NCBI RefSeq assembly: GCF_963921235.1
Contig: NC_086097.1
Coordinates: 85,686,001 to 85,750,000, forward strand
DNA: 64,000 nt
Reading direction: 5' to 3'
Source of the DNA: Mobula hypostoma
Lineage: Eukaryota
A program made the position numbers and the translations under genes. Of this stretch, positions 1 through 13,410 are shown in pieces. The notes below the pieces were generated by a model. It saw only the letters and a list, made by a program, of their open reading frames with translations, searched no databases and was not told the DNA's origin. The stretch's first letter is position 1. Every line of letters starts with the position of its first letter.

Positions 1-325
1 TGTTGGGGAAGTCCAGAACGAGGGGTCACAGTTTGAGGACAGAGGGGAAGCCTTTTAGGACCGAGATTAGGAAAAACTTCTTCACACAGAGAGTGGTGAA
101 TCTGTGGAATTCTCTGCCACAGGAAACAGTTGAGGCCAGTTCATTGACTATATTTAAGAGGGAGTTAGATATGGCCCTTGTGGCTACGGGGGTCAGGGAG
201 TATGGAGGGAAGGCTGGGGCGGGGTTCTGAGTTGGATGATCAGCCATGATCATAATAAATGGCGGTGCAGGTTCGAAGGGCCGAATGGCCTACTCCTGCA
301 CCTATTTTCTATGTTTCAATGTTTC
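1..325 (+). mobile_element. CR1 LINE 3' end (ORF2 C-terminus, 3' UTR and tail)
   Basis: ORF 3..230 reads SRTRGHSL...FFTQRVVNLWNSLP, the CR1 ORF2 C-terminus. It is followed by the 3' UTR GGGCCGAATGGCCTACTCCTG and a TTCTATGTTTC-type tail. Confidence 0.93.
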
Positions 326-2033
326 GATAACCCTGGAACAAAGTTGATGCACAATAAGATTAAAGAACTAACAGGGAAATTACCTTACTCAGCAAGTGGA
401 TGAATCAAGGCAAAAGATGGCAGCTTAATTATGAACAAAAAGGAATTCCTAAACAGATGGACGGAATATATAAAAGAACTTTTTGAAGACCAAAGAGGAG
501 AAAAACTGAACATAAAGAAGAATCTTGAAGGACCTAGCATTCTAAAATCAGAAGTTCGAGCAGCCGTAAATAAAACAAAACATAACAGAGCAACTGGTCC
601 AGACAACATCGCTGTTGAAATGATACTGGCCTTAGAAGATTTTGGAATAGAGAAAATAAAAGAAATAGCAAATGAAATCTACGATCATGGGGAGATACCT
701 GATGATTTAAGTAAATCAGTGTTCCTCACACTTCCAAAGAAAGAGAGAGCAACAGAATGTGAGTTACATCATACAATAAGCCTGATGAGCCACGTGGCAA
801 AAATTATTCTCAGAGTAATCATGATGAGAGCAAGACGCTGTATAAAACCAGAAATCAGTAAAGAACAATGCGGCTTTGTGGAAAACACTGGAACCAGAAA
901 TGCAATTTTCATGCTACGGATGATCAGTGGACGTGCCATACAGGTACAAAAAGACATCTACCTATGTTTCATTGACTATACAAAAGCTTTTGACACTGTC
1001 AGACAGCAAGATCTTCTGGAAATGCTTCAAGATCTTGACATAGATGGGAAAGATGTACGCTTCTTAAGAAACTTATACTGGGACCAGACTGCACCCATCA
1101 GAATAGAAGGAGAAGTGAGTGAGTATCTGAATATCATGAGAGGAGTCAGGCAAGGTTGTGTCTTTTCACCAGACTTATTCAACCTGTATAGTGAAAATAT
1201 CTTGAGAAGTATCAAAGACAGCAAAGGATTCACAATCGGAGGCCATAATATAAATAACATCAGAAATGCTGATGACATCGTACTAATAGCTGACTCAGAA
1301 ACAAAACTTCAAGAACTACTCACTATAGTGGCAGCAGAAAGTAATCGCAGAGGCCTCTCAAGGCAGAAAGCATGGTCATCTCCAGAAAGACAAACATCCC
1401 ACAATGTGTGATCAAGATCGGAAATACAAACATCAAACAAGTCAACAAATTCAAATATCTTGGCAGCCTAATAACAAGTAATGGCGGGTGTGACACAGAT
1501 ATCAAATACAGAATAGCAACGGCGAAAGAAGCATTCCAAAAAATGAAGACCATATTAACAAACAGAAAGATGAGCATGCACACTAAAAACAGAATACTGC
1601 AGTGCTACATTTATTCTATCCTGACTTATGGAAGTGAATGCTGGACCATTTCTCCAGCAATGGAAAAGAGACTAGAGGCAGCTGAATTATGGTTCTACAG
1701 GAGAATGTTAAAAATATCATGCACCACACACACATCAAATGAAGAAGTTCTCAGAAGAGGCCAAGCAGTTCGATCACTCATACCAACAATGAGAGAAAGA
1801 CAACTCAGATTCCTAGGACACATCATGCGGAAAGATGAACTAGAAAAACTCATAATCTCCGGAAAAACTGAGGGGAGTAAACCTAGAGGAAGACCTTGGC
1901 TTATTTACATCAAAAGCATAGCCAGATGGCTGCACATCGAGGAAATGGAAGTTATCCAAAAAAAGGATAGATCTATATGAAAAACCATGGTCACCAAAGT
2001 CCCCATCGGATATAGTACCTAGACAGACAGACA
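326..2033 (+). mobile_element. RTE-clade LINE, frameshifted reverse transcriptase
   Basis: ORFs 431..1411 and 1372..1980 carry RT motifs (ATGPDNI, FIDYTKAFD, GVRQGCVFSPDLFNLY, YADD mutated to NADD, FKYLGS, YGSECWT, GSKPRGRP). There is a frameshift near 1360, a short 3' UTR and an (AGAC)n tail at ~2021-2033. Confidence 0.9.
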
Positions 2034-2424
2034 GTCACGTTCCTGTCCACTTGAACCAGTCGGACTATTCTCCTCTGGCCTCTCTCATTAACAAGGCATT
2101 TTCATGCACAGAACTACCACTCACTGGATTTTTTTTTTTGGTTTTTGCACCATTCTCTGTGGACTCTTGAGATTGTTGTACATGATAATAACTAGAGATC
2201 AGCACTTCCTGAGATACTCCGACCACCCTGTCTGGCACCAACAATCACTCCACAGTCAAAGTCGCTTAGGTCACATTCCTTCCCTATTCTTATGTTTAAT
2301 TTGGATAATAACTAAACACTTCAGCATTGCTTTATGCATTGAGATGCTGCCAAATGACAGGCTGGTTAGATATTTGCATTAATAAGCAGGTGTACAGGTA
2401 TATCTAATAAAGTGGCCGTTGAGC
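2034..2424 (-). mobile_element. Tc1-derived non-autonomous element, partial (same family as 7914-8461)
   Basis: Reverse complement matches ~7914-8290. TIR remnant CTAATAAAGTGGCCGTTGAG lies at ~2404-2423. Confidence 0.8.
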
Positions 2425-3199
2425 ATTCTCTAAGGTTTTCATGGTGTTCCCTGTTAAAAGCTAAAATTTCAAGGGAAAGCTATGAGGATTCAAGGTAGTT
2501 GGTAGGAATGAATAGGAGACCGACTGAGGAATGGGGAAGCACTCATTAAGGGGTTATGCCAGAAAACTGAGGGGGCCAAATGTAATACTCAGTGATTAGT
2601 GCTGCATCCAATTCACATACAGTTCATAACTGCACTTCAGAAGCTTAGTGTACATTGGTGTGATTTGTAAAATGATAACACATAGAAGTAACTGCCTCAA
2701 TGTGGACAAGCACAAGTGTAGATTCCTTACAGCTGAAAACTCGAGGAAGCTTTCGCTCAGATACAACCTACATCATCTGCATCTCTAAAAATCAACAGGT
2801 TTGCAACCAGAGTTCTCTCAAGGCAAGCATGAAGTTTTGTGGTAAGCTTTGGACCAAAATTGATGCTCAAATCAAAATAACTGCGTCTCTACATGGAGGC
2901 TGAGGTTAAGCTGTAGCTTCATCCACTCTCCTTTCTTTCTTGAAGATGCTACCACAGGCTTCAATAATGACTAGTAGTTCTCTGGCACCAAGCTCATTTT
3001 GAAGGCTTATTAGGAAATGGCAGGAGGAAGCACAGCCAAGCTTAATCCTACCTGCATTTTCCAGCAGGTTATTCGTAATGAGGTGTCTATTTTTCCTCCC
3101 AGCCTGTTAAAACCAGGCCATTGGTAGTATCTAGCAAGCTAGGTCATGCTAACTACCTCAGCAAACTATAATGTACAAAATATGTTAACATACCTGCAA

Positions 3200-3470
3200 C
3201 TTCATTAAATGGTGTTCAAGATATTAAATAGGAGAGATACAAAGTTTTCCACAGGTTGTGCAATCTGGAACCAGTGGGTACAGTTTAAAATTATAGCTGG
3301 GCCATTCAGGAGCAAAATTTAATAAACTTCATAGAAGATGGTAGTAATTTGGAACCTTTTTCACTATATGGAAGATCATGCTACATTATTGCTTTTATTT
3401 AAATATGAAGTTGGGAATCTTTTGATTTAAAAGGTATGGAGAAGTGTGATGAAAAAGGTGGGTTTACGGA
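3200..3470 (+). mobile_element. Old degenerate CR1 3' fragment
   Basis: Diverged similarity to the CR1 ORF2 end (CTGGAACCAGTGGGTACAGTTTAAAATT...GCCATTCAGG). Confidence 0.55.
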
Positions 3471-3660
3471 GTCAGGAGAAATATCACCCCTCGGTCTCAC
3501 CAGGTATCAGGTGTGCTCTGCCCACTCAGTAGCCCACTCCAACAAAAATCCAGCACCTTCTGATTACTATTATCAGCTAGAAAGAATCTTCCCTCAAAAG
3601 ATTTTAATGAAAATCAGTTCACAAGCAAAATGCAGGATTCCAAACCATTAAAGATTGCTG

Positions 3661-4580
3661 ATAGAACAAAGAACATTGAAAAGTTCAGCACAACAAGGCC
3701 CTTCATCCCATGATGTTGAGCTGACATACAGTATGTAAATCTACTCCACAGCAAGCTCACCCTTCTCTCCTACACAGCCTATAACCTTCCATTTTTTTCT
3801 TAGATCCATATGAATATCTAAGAATCTTTTTACATTTCCCTGTTGTATAAGCCCCTAACACCACCAAAGGCAGTACATTCCAGGCACCCACCACTCTGTA
3901 TGTGTTTAAAAAAAAACACTCTTACATCTCCCTTAAACTTTCCTCCACTCACCCTAAATGAATATCTTCTGGTATTGGCTACCGTTGCACTGGAGGAAGA
4001 AAAGGTGCTGGCTGCCCACTCTTTCTATGGATCTCCTGCATAATATTATATACTTTTATCAAGTTGCTTATCATCTTCTGTCACTCCAAAGAGAAAAGCC
4101 CTAGCTCACACAACCTTTCATTACAAGACATTTTCTCTAATCATTACAGCCTCCTGGTAATTGTGCTCTGCACCCTCTCTAACACTTCCACATCTTTCCT
4201 ATAATGAGATGGCCAGAACTGAACACAATACTCCAAGTGTAGTCTTGCCAAAGTTTTCTAGAACTGCGACATTACCTTGCAGTGCAGCTCTTGAACTCAA
4301 TCCCCTTACTACTGAAGGACAGGACAGCACACGCCTTCTTAATATCCTAGCAATTTGTGTGGCATCTTTGAAAGACCTATGGATCTGGACCCGAAGATCC
4401 TTCTGTTCCTCCACATTGCTTAGAATCTTGCCATTAACCTTGCACTCCATCTTCAAGTTCAATTTTCCAAAGTGTATCACTTTAACTTTTCCATACTGAG
4501 CTCCATCTGCAACATCTCTGCCCATCTTTGCATCCTGTCTATATCCTATGGTAACTGATGATAGCCTTCTACTCTACAAT
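3661..4580 (-). mobile_element. CR1 LINE, 5'-truncated, degenerate
   Basis: Tail ATAGAACAAAGAACA at the left end. The minus-strand ORF reads VIHFGKLNLK...VEEQKDL, typical of CR1 ORF2. Confidence 0.88.
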
Positions 4581-6069
4581 GTAGGAACCAAATTGCCCAC
4601 AGCAACCTCACAAAATGATGTGAAAATGTGATGTTAATTACTTTATCAGTGTTTAATCTAGGTATATCTTTCTTGCTCCTTTCTAATGTCCACAAGAGAG
4701 ACCAGATGACAACCTGCAATAACATCTCACTCAGAAGTCAGGTTTCCAACAAGGGAGTAGATAATCATCTTTTCTTTGGTCTTGGTTAAGAAATCAAGAG
4801 TTGTGTTTAAATGTCATGCCTATTCTGTCTATCTGCTACAAAGGGAAGGATTTTCTTTTGAAGACATGTTAAACTCCCTTGCTTTCATGGTTCTTGAGGT
4901 AGGTTAGAGCAGTACATGGAGTCAGATATGTTGGAGGCAAGAAAGCAGAAATAAAACATTACTAACGTAGAGGTGGGTGTGAATTAGTAACACCTCTTGT
5001 TTTGGTAGTTTAGCTGTTGTTGCTGCACGATTGGATGCTTTTGATTGCATGGGTGCAGTGACTCAGTGATGTTTCGGTACTCCATGTCAGTCCAGCAGGC
5101 CCTAGCCAATATTGGCACTAGGTTTTAGCTTCCTTGCCGTTTTAAATCTTCTAACTCCAAAACAACTCCCAAATCCCTAACGCAGAACCTAACAGAGCAG
5201 TGGATCGATTCAACATGGGCTAGGTATTGACAAGCAGGAAAGTTATAGATGATGGAATTTTCAAATAAAGACAAAATACTACAAGGCAGGGAGAAGAAGC
5301 TGATATGAAAAGAGAAACAATGTTATTATTTCAGGTAAAGAGATTTCATTAGAACTATTTGTTAATATAATTAGCGAATACCTATTTAATAGTTGTTAGC
5401 AATGGAGTCACTTCTATTGCTACCGGTTTTCAAGATGTTTCAATGCCATCACAAGACATGCATCTGATATTCACTGTTTCAGGGAACTGGATGTTCAGAC
5501 TGAAGGGTACTCAGAACCTGATTATTCAGTTCCTGACAGTCTATTATATTTATTCAGAGCAAATCTTAACATGCTCAGAGTCTTTTCATTCAGGTCTTTT
5601 GTAGTTGAGGATGGATGATCGTTTGGTCTTCGTGACCAGTTTCAATAATGCCAATGTAGGGCTTCAACCAGGCAACAGTTCTCTACTTTTCCCCCTTCTA
5701 TTGATAATACTGCTTTGTAAATTGTGTCTGAAATTATACTCCTACTATGTGGGAATGGTAGAGAATGTTTCCTCAGATGTTTTCTATAACTCTTCACTGC
5801 CAACCATGGAATCATGTTCCTTCCTTATAGATTAGTTTCTGCCCCTCTATTTTAGGGGATTTATCTTCAATAAGTTCAGCTTACAAGACACTGACAATGC
5901 ACATGGCTTGATACATATATATCAATAGGATAGTGTAGTGAAGAGAAATGGGGAATGTAAAGCTTTATTCCTGAACTACATAAAAGTCCATACATGAATG
6001 CCTCAATGAGCCAACTTCTGTCATGGGATAACATTGATTATTATGTCTATGTCATTAGTACACTTTAAT

Positions 6070-6495
6070 ATTAAAGTTCAAAGTTAATTTATTATCAACA
6101 TATGTACAGTATATGTCACCATATACTACCCTGAGATTCATTTTCTTGCAAGTATTCACAGAAGAACAAAGAAATCCAATAAAATCAAAGAACAACTGCA
6201 CACAAAGACAGACAAGGAACCAATGTGCAAAAGAAAACATACTGTGGAAATACAAAAAAGCAAATCATAATAATAATAAATAAGTAAATAATTCTTAGAA
6301 CATGAGTTGTAGAGTCCTTGAAAGTGAGTCCATAGGTTGTGGAATCAGTTCAGTGTTAAGGTGAGTGAAGTCATCCATGCTAGCTGAGGAGCTTGATGGT
6401 TGAAGGGTAATAACTGTTCCTGAACCTGATGGTATAGGACCGAAGGCTCATATACCTCTTTCCTGATGACTGCAGCAAGAAGACAGCATTGTGTA
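6070..6495 (-). mobile_element. 3' end of a Rex1/Babar-type LINE
   Basis: Tail AAAGTTCAAAGTTAATTTATT (reverse complement of AATAAA...TTGAACTTT), then 3' UTR and an ORF-end-like segment (...TAACTGTTCCTGAACCTG...). Family assigned by recall. Confidence 0.6.
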
Positions 6496-7913
6496 GATAT
6501 CTATTCAAATATTTAAGCATTTGTGTTAAACACAGCAGCATCATGCTTAGAATGAGAAAACACTTTTCTGGTTGCTAAAGTTGAAGGTTGAAGAGGTAAC
6601 TAGTATGGGCTTGATTAAATATCATTTATTTACAAAAGACCTTTAGTAATAGACTGATTTCAGATGCTGACAGCTTTGTCGCCTGTCTAGATGAGACATG
6701 ATTAAGCACGAAATTCACTATTTCTCACATAACACATCAATAAAATAATGGCAGGTGACTCTACTAGCTTTATTCATTTTGGAAACATCAGTAGAATAAT
6801 TCAATTTTCATTTTACAATCTCACACTGGCTTGATTTGATGCTTTTGTTTATTCTGCTGTTGAATAATCGATAAAACCTAATCTGAATCACCTAGGTTTC
6901 ATGAACTGCATTTTAGGTATAAGCTAAAATATATGGACAAACACAAGGTGGATAGTGCAGATTTTCTGGAAATCTGGAAGGAAGAGTACACATAGGGTAC
7001 TCATGATTACTCATCCTTCACAGAGCACAAGAGTGTCCTTACCCTCATTTCTCATTTTGCAAGTAATCCAATGCTTATCCATATATTTTGGCCTAGAAAT
7101 TACCATCGATAATTTGGTGGAAAATTGTTTAATGTATTCATGTTTATTTTTCATATTGTATAAAATATTCACCAACTACACAATGTATTTTTGTATAACA
7201 GTTCAACAAGCATGTTAGGCCCTGCTTGATCTATATCTTGTTTCTATATGCTTGTCATGAGTTGTAACCGTTATTACCCTTGCTAGAATAACTCTTAATC
7301 TTAGCTTTCAAATTCTATATAGGTTGGTCTCCCACTGTTTGAGTGAAGAGTTCCAGAGTTGCACCAGTCATTACGTAACAGAATGGCTGCTGTCAGTACT
7401 TCTGAAGCTGTATGCATTTGACTTATGTTTATTAAATAAATTGCTTCAACTTCACTGCACGTCATTCTAGGCTGTATCTTGAATTGAATGGATGATTCAC
7501 TTGTGGTATTATACTCCCAAAATATCACGAACTAACAAAATTGATCACTGGTTTGGCATTATAATTATTGAAAAGCTCACAATTCCTCATTGTGCAACAT
7601 AAAACCATACGTCAAAATTCAATGGCAACAGTTAATGGTGAGGGGGCGGAATGCAAGGGACTTTGAAGGAAAAGGAAGGTAACAATAAGTACAAAGTCAG
7701 AATGCATTTGGCTAATATATTGGATGTATATTCATATCATTGTTGAAAACAATAAATCTGATGAGATAGCCTCTATTAAAAGTACACTATTCTATCAGCA
7801 ACCAGATGAATGAGCCCCAATTAAAGATCACCATTGGAAAGAATGATGGTACGTGTCTCAGTGCCAACTACTAAAACTACTGTATGAAAACAAAGAAGCT
7901 TCAAGTTCTGACA

Positions 7914-8461
7914 TACTCAGTGACCACTTTATTCTGTACACTTTCTCAATAATTCAGATATCTAATCAGCCAATCATGTGGCAGCAACTCCAAGCATAAA
8001 AGCATGCATACATAGTCAAGAGGTTCAGTTCTTGTTCATATCAAAAATCAGAATGGAGAAGAAATGTGATCTAAGTGACTTTGACTTTGGAATAATTATT
8101 GGTGCCAGATGGGATGCTATCTCAGAAAGTGCTGATCAACCCGCACAACAGCCTCTGGGGTTTACAGAGAATGGCGTGAAAAACAAAAAAAAACATCCGG
8201 TGAGTGGTGGTTCTGTGGATAAAAGTGGCTTGTTAATGAGAGATGTCAAAGGAGAATGGCCAGACTGATTCAAGCTGACAGGAGTGTGACAGTAATTCAA
8301 AGAAACGCGTGTTACAACAGTGGTGTGCAGAAGAACATCTCTGAATGCACAACATGTCGAACATTGAAGTGGACGGGTTACAGCAGCAGAAGACCTCAAA
8401 CATACACTCAGCGGCCACTTTATTAAGTATAGGAGATACCTAATAAACTAGCCACTGAGTG
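7914..8461 (+). mobile_element. Tc1-derived non-autonomous element with transposase N-terminal remnant
   Basis: TIRs ACTCAGTGACCACTTTATT and AATAAACTAGCCACTGAGTG. Internal remnant MEKKCDLSDFDFGIIIGARW resembles a Tc1 transposase start. An extra TA+TIR copy lies at 8403-8429. Confidence 0.82.
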
Positions 8462-9074
8462 TGTTTCTGACAATGCAAAATACCCCATGTTGACTGTTAG
8501 CACTGAAAAAAGGTTGAAAGAATTCTAAAATAATGCATAAATCACTCATCTAAGTCCTGAGAAAATCCAGCCATTTTATTCATGATATGGTAAGGGGATC
8601 AGTGGAAATCTCCATCCTTTCACAAGGAACTGGAGGTATACATCATTGGAAACATGTTCAAAATGACAATTTTAACAAAAGAGTTAAGAGGTACAATATG
8701 AACACAGAGCTGTGGGAGAAGCACAGTCATATTCTTACAGATGGAATAGGCCCAAAGGATCAGTAAGCCTACTCAAGTTCTATTTTCTTAGACTCTTATA
8801 CGTAAGTCTGTAATCAAACAAACCCTTAGATCACTTGAGATTATTTTCTTGCTGCCCAGACAATATTTGCCATATCACAAATAAGCATGGAATAATTGAT
8901 AATGCCTACAGATTGCTTATCACTACAAGATGCTTCTCAACACAACATCAAAGTGGGTTCTTTATACCCTATGGTAATGAATAACAAACCAAACCATGTG
9001 TGAGATGGAACATTGCTTACATCACTCTGACAAAGATGGTGCTGGTAGCATTGATGACGTAAAATGGCAGCAAG

Positions 9075-9338
9075 GGTTAGTATACCACTTTGGATACTGT
9101 TGGGGGTGAGCAAACTAACAGGAGGAAACTGAGGTGACTGAGTCTCTGACACTGAGTCTGGCTCTGTGGTTCAGAAGGGAAATGGGGGGTGGGTGGAGAA
9201 GGGAAGTGCAGTAGTGAGAAGGGATTCCACAGTTTCAGGAGCAGACAAGAGATTCCATGGACATGGAAGGGAGACCCAGACGGTATGTTGCCTCCCAGCT
9301 GCTAAGGTCAGAGATGTCTCAAATTGGTCCACAGCATT
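9075..9338 (+). mobile_element. CR1 ORF1 fragment (SGNH esterase-like region)
   Basis: Translation SAVVRRDSTVSGADKRF...VCCLPAAKVRDVS matches the GDS...CLPGA esterase motif of CR1 ORF1. Confidence 0.75.
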
Positions 9339-11122
9339 TTTTTCAGTTATTTAAAGAGTAAAAGGGAAGCAAGAGTTGATATTGGACCACTGGGAAATGA
9401 TGCTGGTGAGGTAGTAATGTGGGCCAAAGAAATGGCAGATGAACTTAATGGGTACTTTGTACCTGTCTTCACTGTGGAAGACACTAGCAGTGTGCCAGAC
9501 GTCCATGAGTGTCAGGAATCAGGAGTGAGAGCCATTGCTATTACAAACGAAACGTGCTAGGCAAACTCAAAGGTCTTAAGGTGGATAAGTCACCTGGACC
9601 AAATGGTCTACATCCCAGAGTCCTAAGAGAGGTTGCTGAAGAGATAACGGATGCATTGGTTATGATCTTTCAAGAAACACATATTCTGGCAAGGTCCCGG
9701 AGGATTGGAAGATTGCAAATGTCACTCCACTCCTTAAGAAGGGAGGAAGGCAAAAGAAAGGAAATTATAGGCCAGTTAGCCTAACCTCAGTGGCAGGAAA
9801 AGTGTTGGGAGTCCATTATTAAGGATGAGGTTTCAGGGTACTTGGAGATTAATGATAAAATAAGTCAAAGTCAGCATGGTTTCTGTAAAGGGAAATCTTC
9901 CCTGACAAGTCTGTTAGAGTTCTTCAAGGAAGTAACAAGCAGGGCGGATAAAAGGGAGGCAGTGGATGTCATTTACTTGGATTTTCAGAAAGCGTTTGGT
10001 AAGATGCTACGCATGAGGCTGCTTAACAAGATAAAATCCTATGGTGTTCCAGGAGAGATACTGACATAGATAGAGGAGTGACTGACAGGCAGGAGGCAGC
10101 GAGTGGGAATAAAGGGGGCCTTTTCTGGTTGGCTGCCAGTGACTAGTGGTGTTCCTCAGGGGCCACACTAGTTTTCACATTCTTTGTCAATGAATTAGAT
10201 AATGGAATTGATGGTTTCGTGGCAAAGTTTGCAGAGAAAATAGGTGGAGGAGTGGTGCTGAGGAAGCAACTGGATTGCAGCAGGACTGAGACAAATTGGA
10301 AGAAAGGGCAGAAAAGTGGCAGATGGAATACAGTGTTGGGAAATGTATGATAATGCGTTTTGGTAAAAAGAACAATAGTATGGATTATTATCTAAATAGG
10401 GAAAAGATTAAACCACAGAGGTACCGAGGGACTTAGGAGTCCTCCTGCAAGACTCCCAGAAGGTTAATTTACAGGTTGAGTCTGTGGTAAAGAAGGTAAG
10501 TACAATGTTGGCAGTTATTTCAAGGGCAATAGAATATAAAAGCAAGGAGAGAAGACACCAGTCAGGCTGCATTTGAAGTATTGTCAATAGTTTTGTGCCC
10601 CAGAAAGGATGTGTTGTCGTTGGAGAGAGTCCAGAGGAGGTTCTCCAGGATAATTCTGGGAATGAAGGAGTTAATATGAGGATTGTTTGGCAGTTTTGGG
10701 CCTGTACTCACTGGAATTTAGAAGAATGTGGGGGGGAATCTCATTAAAACCTAATAAATGTTGAAAGGACTAGATAGGGTGGATGTGGAGAGGATGTTTC
10801 CTGTAGTGGGGTTCTCCAGAACTAGAGGGTATAGCCTCAGAATTCAGGGTGATCCTTTAGAACAGAGGTAAGGAGGAATTTTTTTAGCCAGAGAGTAGTG
10901 AATCTGTAAAATGCTCTGTCACAGACTACGGTGGAGGCCAAATCCATGGGAATATTTAAGGCGGAAGTTGATAGTTTCCTGATCAGTCAGAGCATCAAAG
11001 GATATGGCGACAGGGCAGGTGTATAGGGTTGAGTGGGATCCGGGATCAGCTATAATGGAGTAGCAGAGCAGCCTCGATAGGCTGAATGGCCTAATTCTGC
11101 TACTATGTCTTATACTCTTATG
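9339..11122 (+). mobile_element. CR1 LINE ORF2 to 3' tail, degenerate
   Basis: [33 protein letters not shown] in broken frames. Ends GGCTGAATGGCCTAATTCTGCTACTATGTCTTATACTCTTATG. Confidence 0.92.
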
Positions 11123-13410
11123 TTACAATAGTCAAGAGGGATTTCAAGATGCAGGTAGATTTGGAAAATCAGGTTGTTGCTGGATCCTAAAGGAATTTGT
11201 AGAATGCCTATGAGATGGCTTTTTAGAGCAGCTTGCAATTGAGTCCACTAGGAGAAAGGCAATTCTGGATTGGGTGTTGTGTAATGAACCGTATTTGATT
11301 AGGGACCTTAAGGTAAAGGAACCCTTAAGAGGTAGTGATCATAATATGATAGAATTCATGCTGCACTTTGCGAGGGAGAAGCTAAGGTCAGATATGTCAG
11401 TATTAGAGTGGAGTAAAATGAATTACAGAGGAATGAAAGCAGGCCTAGCCAAAGTTGATTGGAAGGGGACACTGGCAGGGTTGTTGGCAGACCAGCAATT
11501 GTTGGAGTTGCTGGGGGTAATTCAGAGTTGCAGGATAGATACATCCCAAAGATGAAGAAATATTCTAAAGGTAGGATGATACAAGCATGGATAACAAGGG
11601 AAGTTAAAGACAGCATAAAAACAAAAGGGCGGGCATATAATACGGCAAAAATTAGTGGTTAGTTAGAGGATTGGAAAGCTTCCAAAAACCAACAGAAGGC
11701 AAGTAAAAAGCCATAAGGAGAGAAAAAATGAAATATAAAGGTAAGCTAGCCAATAATATAAATGACAATACCAAAAGTTTTTTTTTCAGGTATACAAAGA
11801 GCATAATAGAGTCTAGAATGGATATTAGATTACTGAAAAATGACACTGGAGAGCTATTAATGGGAACAAGAAATGGTGGATGAACTTAATAAGTATTTTA
11901 CATTAGTTTTCATTCTGGAAGACACAAGCAGTATGTCAGAAATCTCAGAGTGTCAGGGGCAGATGTAAGTGTAGATGCTATTACTAAGGAGAAGGTGCTT
12001 GGGAAGATATTGGATCTGAAGGTAGGTAAGTCACGTGGACCAGATGGACTACACCCCAGGGTTCTGAAGGAGGTAGCTGAAGAGATTGTAGAGGATTAAT
12101 TACCATCTTTCAAGAATCACTAGAATTTGGAATGGTTCCGGAGGACAAGGAAATTGCAAATGTCACTCCACTCTTTAAAAAAGGAGGGAGCTGGACTAAA
12201 GGAAATTATAGGCCCATTAACCTGACTTCAGAGGTTAGAAAGATGTTGGAGTCCATTATTAAGGATGAGGCTTCGGGGTACTTGGAGGCAAATAATAAAA
12301 TAGGCCAAAATCAACATGGTTTCCAGCCTGACAAATCTTTTGGAATTCCTTGAGGAACTAATAAGCAGAATAGACAAAGGAAGTCAGCAGATATTGTTTA
12401 CTTGGATTTTCAAAAGGCCTTTGACAAGGTGCTGCAAATGAGGCTGTTTATCAAAATAAGAGACCATGGTACTACAGAAACAATAACAGCACGGATAGAG
12501 CATTGGCTGATTTTCAGGAGGCAAGGACTGGGAATAAATGGGGCCTTTTCTAGTTGGCTGCTGGTGACTAGTGGTGTTCTCCAGGAGTCTGTGTTAGGAC
12601 ACTTCTTTTCAAATTTTATGTGAATAATTTGGATGACAGAATTGATGGCATTGTGGCCAAGTTTGTGGATGAGACAAGTAGTGGAGGGACAGACAAGTAG
12701 TGCTGAGGAAGCAGGGAGTCTGCAGAAGGAATTAGACAGATTGGGAGAATGGGCAAGGAAGTGGCAGATGGAATAGAATGTAGGGAAGTGTATTGGCATG
12801 CACTTTCGTAGCAGGTATAAAGACTTAGACTATTATCTAAACAGGGTAAAAATTCAAAAATCAGAGGTACAAAGGGACTTGTGCAGGATCCCCTAAAGAT
12901 TAACTTGCAGACTGAGTGTGGGGTAAAGAAGGCAAATGCAATATTAGCATTCATTTTGAGACGACTAGAATAAAAAAACAAGGATGTAATGCTGAGGCTT
13001 TATATGGTATTGTCAGACTGCACTTGGGAGTATTGTGAGCAGTTTTGGGCCCCTTATCTAGGAAGAGATGTGTTGGCATTGAAGAGGGTCCAGAGGATGT
13101 TCACTAGAATGATCCCAGGAATAAAAGTGTTAATGTATGAGGAGTGTTTGCTTACTCTGGGCCTGTTCTTGCTAAAGTTTAGAGGAATGAGTGAGGTTCT
13201 CATTGAAATACCTAGATGGAGTAGAATTGGAGGGGATGTTTCCTATAGTCGGCGAGTCCAGAACCAGGGGGCACAGCCTCACAATAGAGGGACATCCATT
13301 TAGAACTGAGATGAGGAGGAATTTCTTTAGCCAGAGGTTAGTGAATCTGTGGAATTCATTTCCACAGATGACTGTGGGGGTCAAGTCATTGAATATACTT
13401 AAATCAGACA
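11123..13410 (+). mobile_element. CR1 LINE (endonuclease C-terminal part through RT), degenerate, tail missing
   Basis: SDHNMIEF endonuclease motif, NVTPLFKKGG, NYRPINLTS, DFQKAFDKV, SRTRGHSL. Confidence 0.92.
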
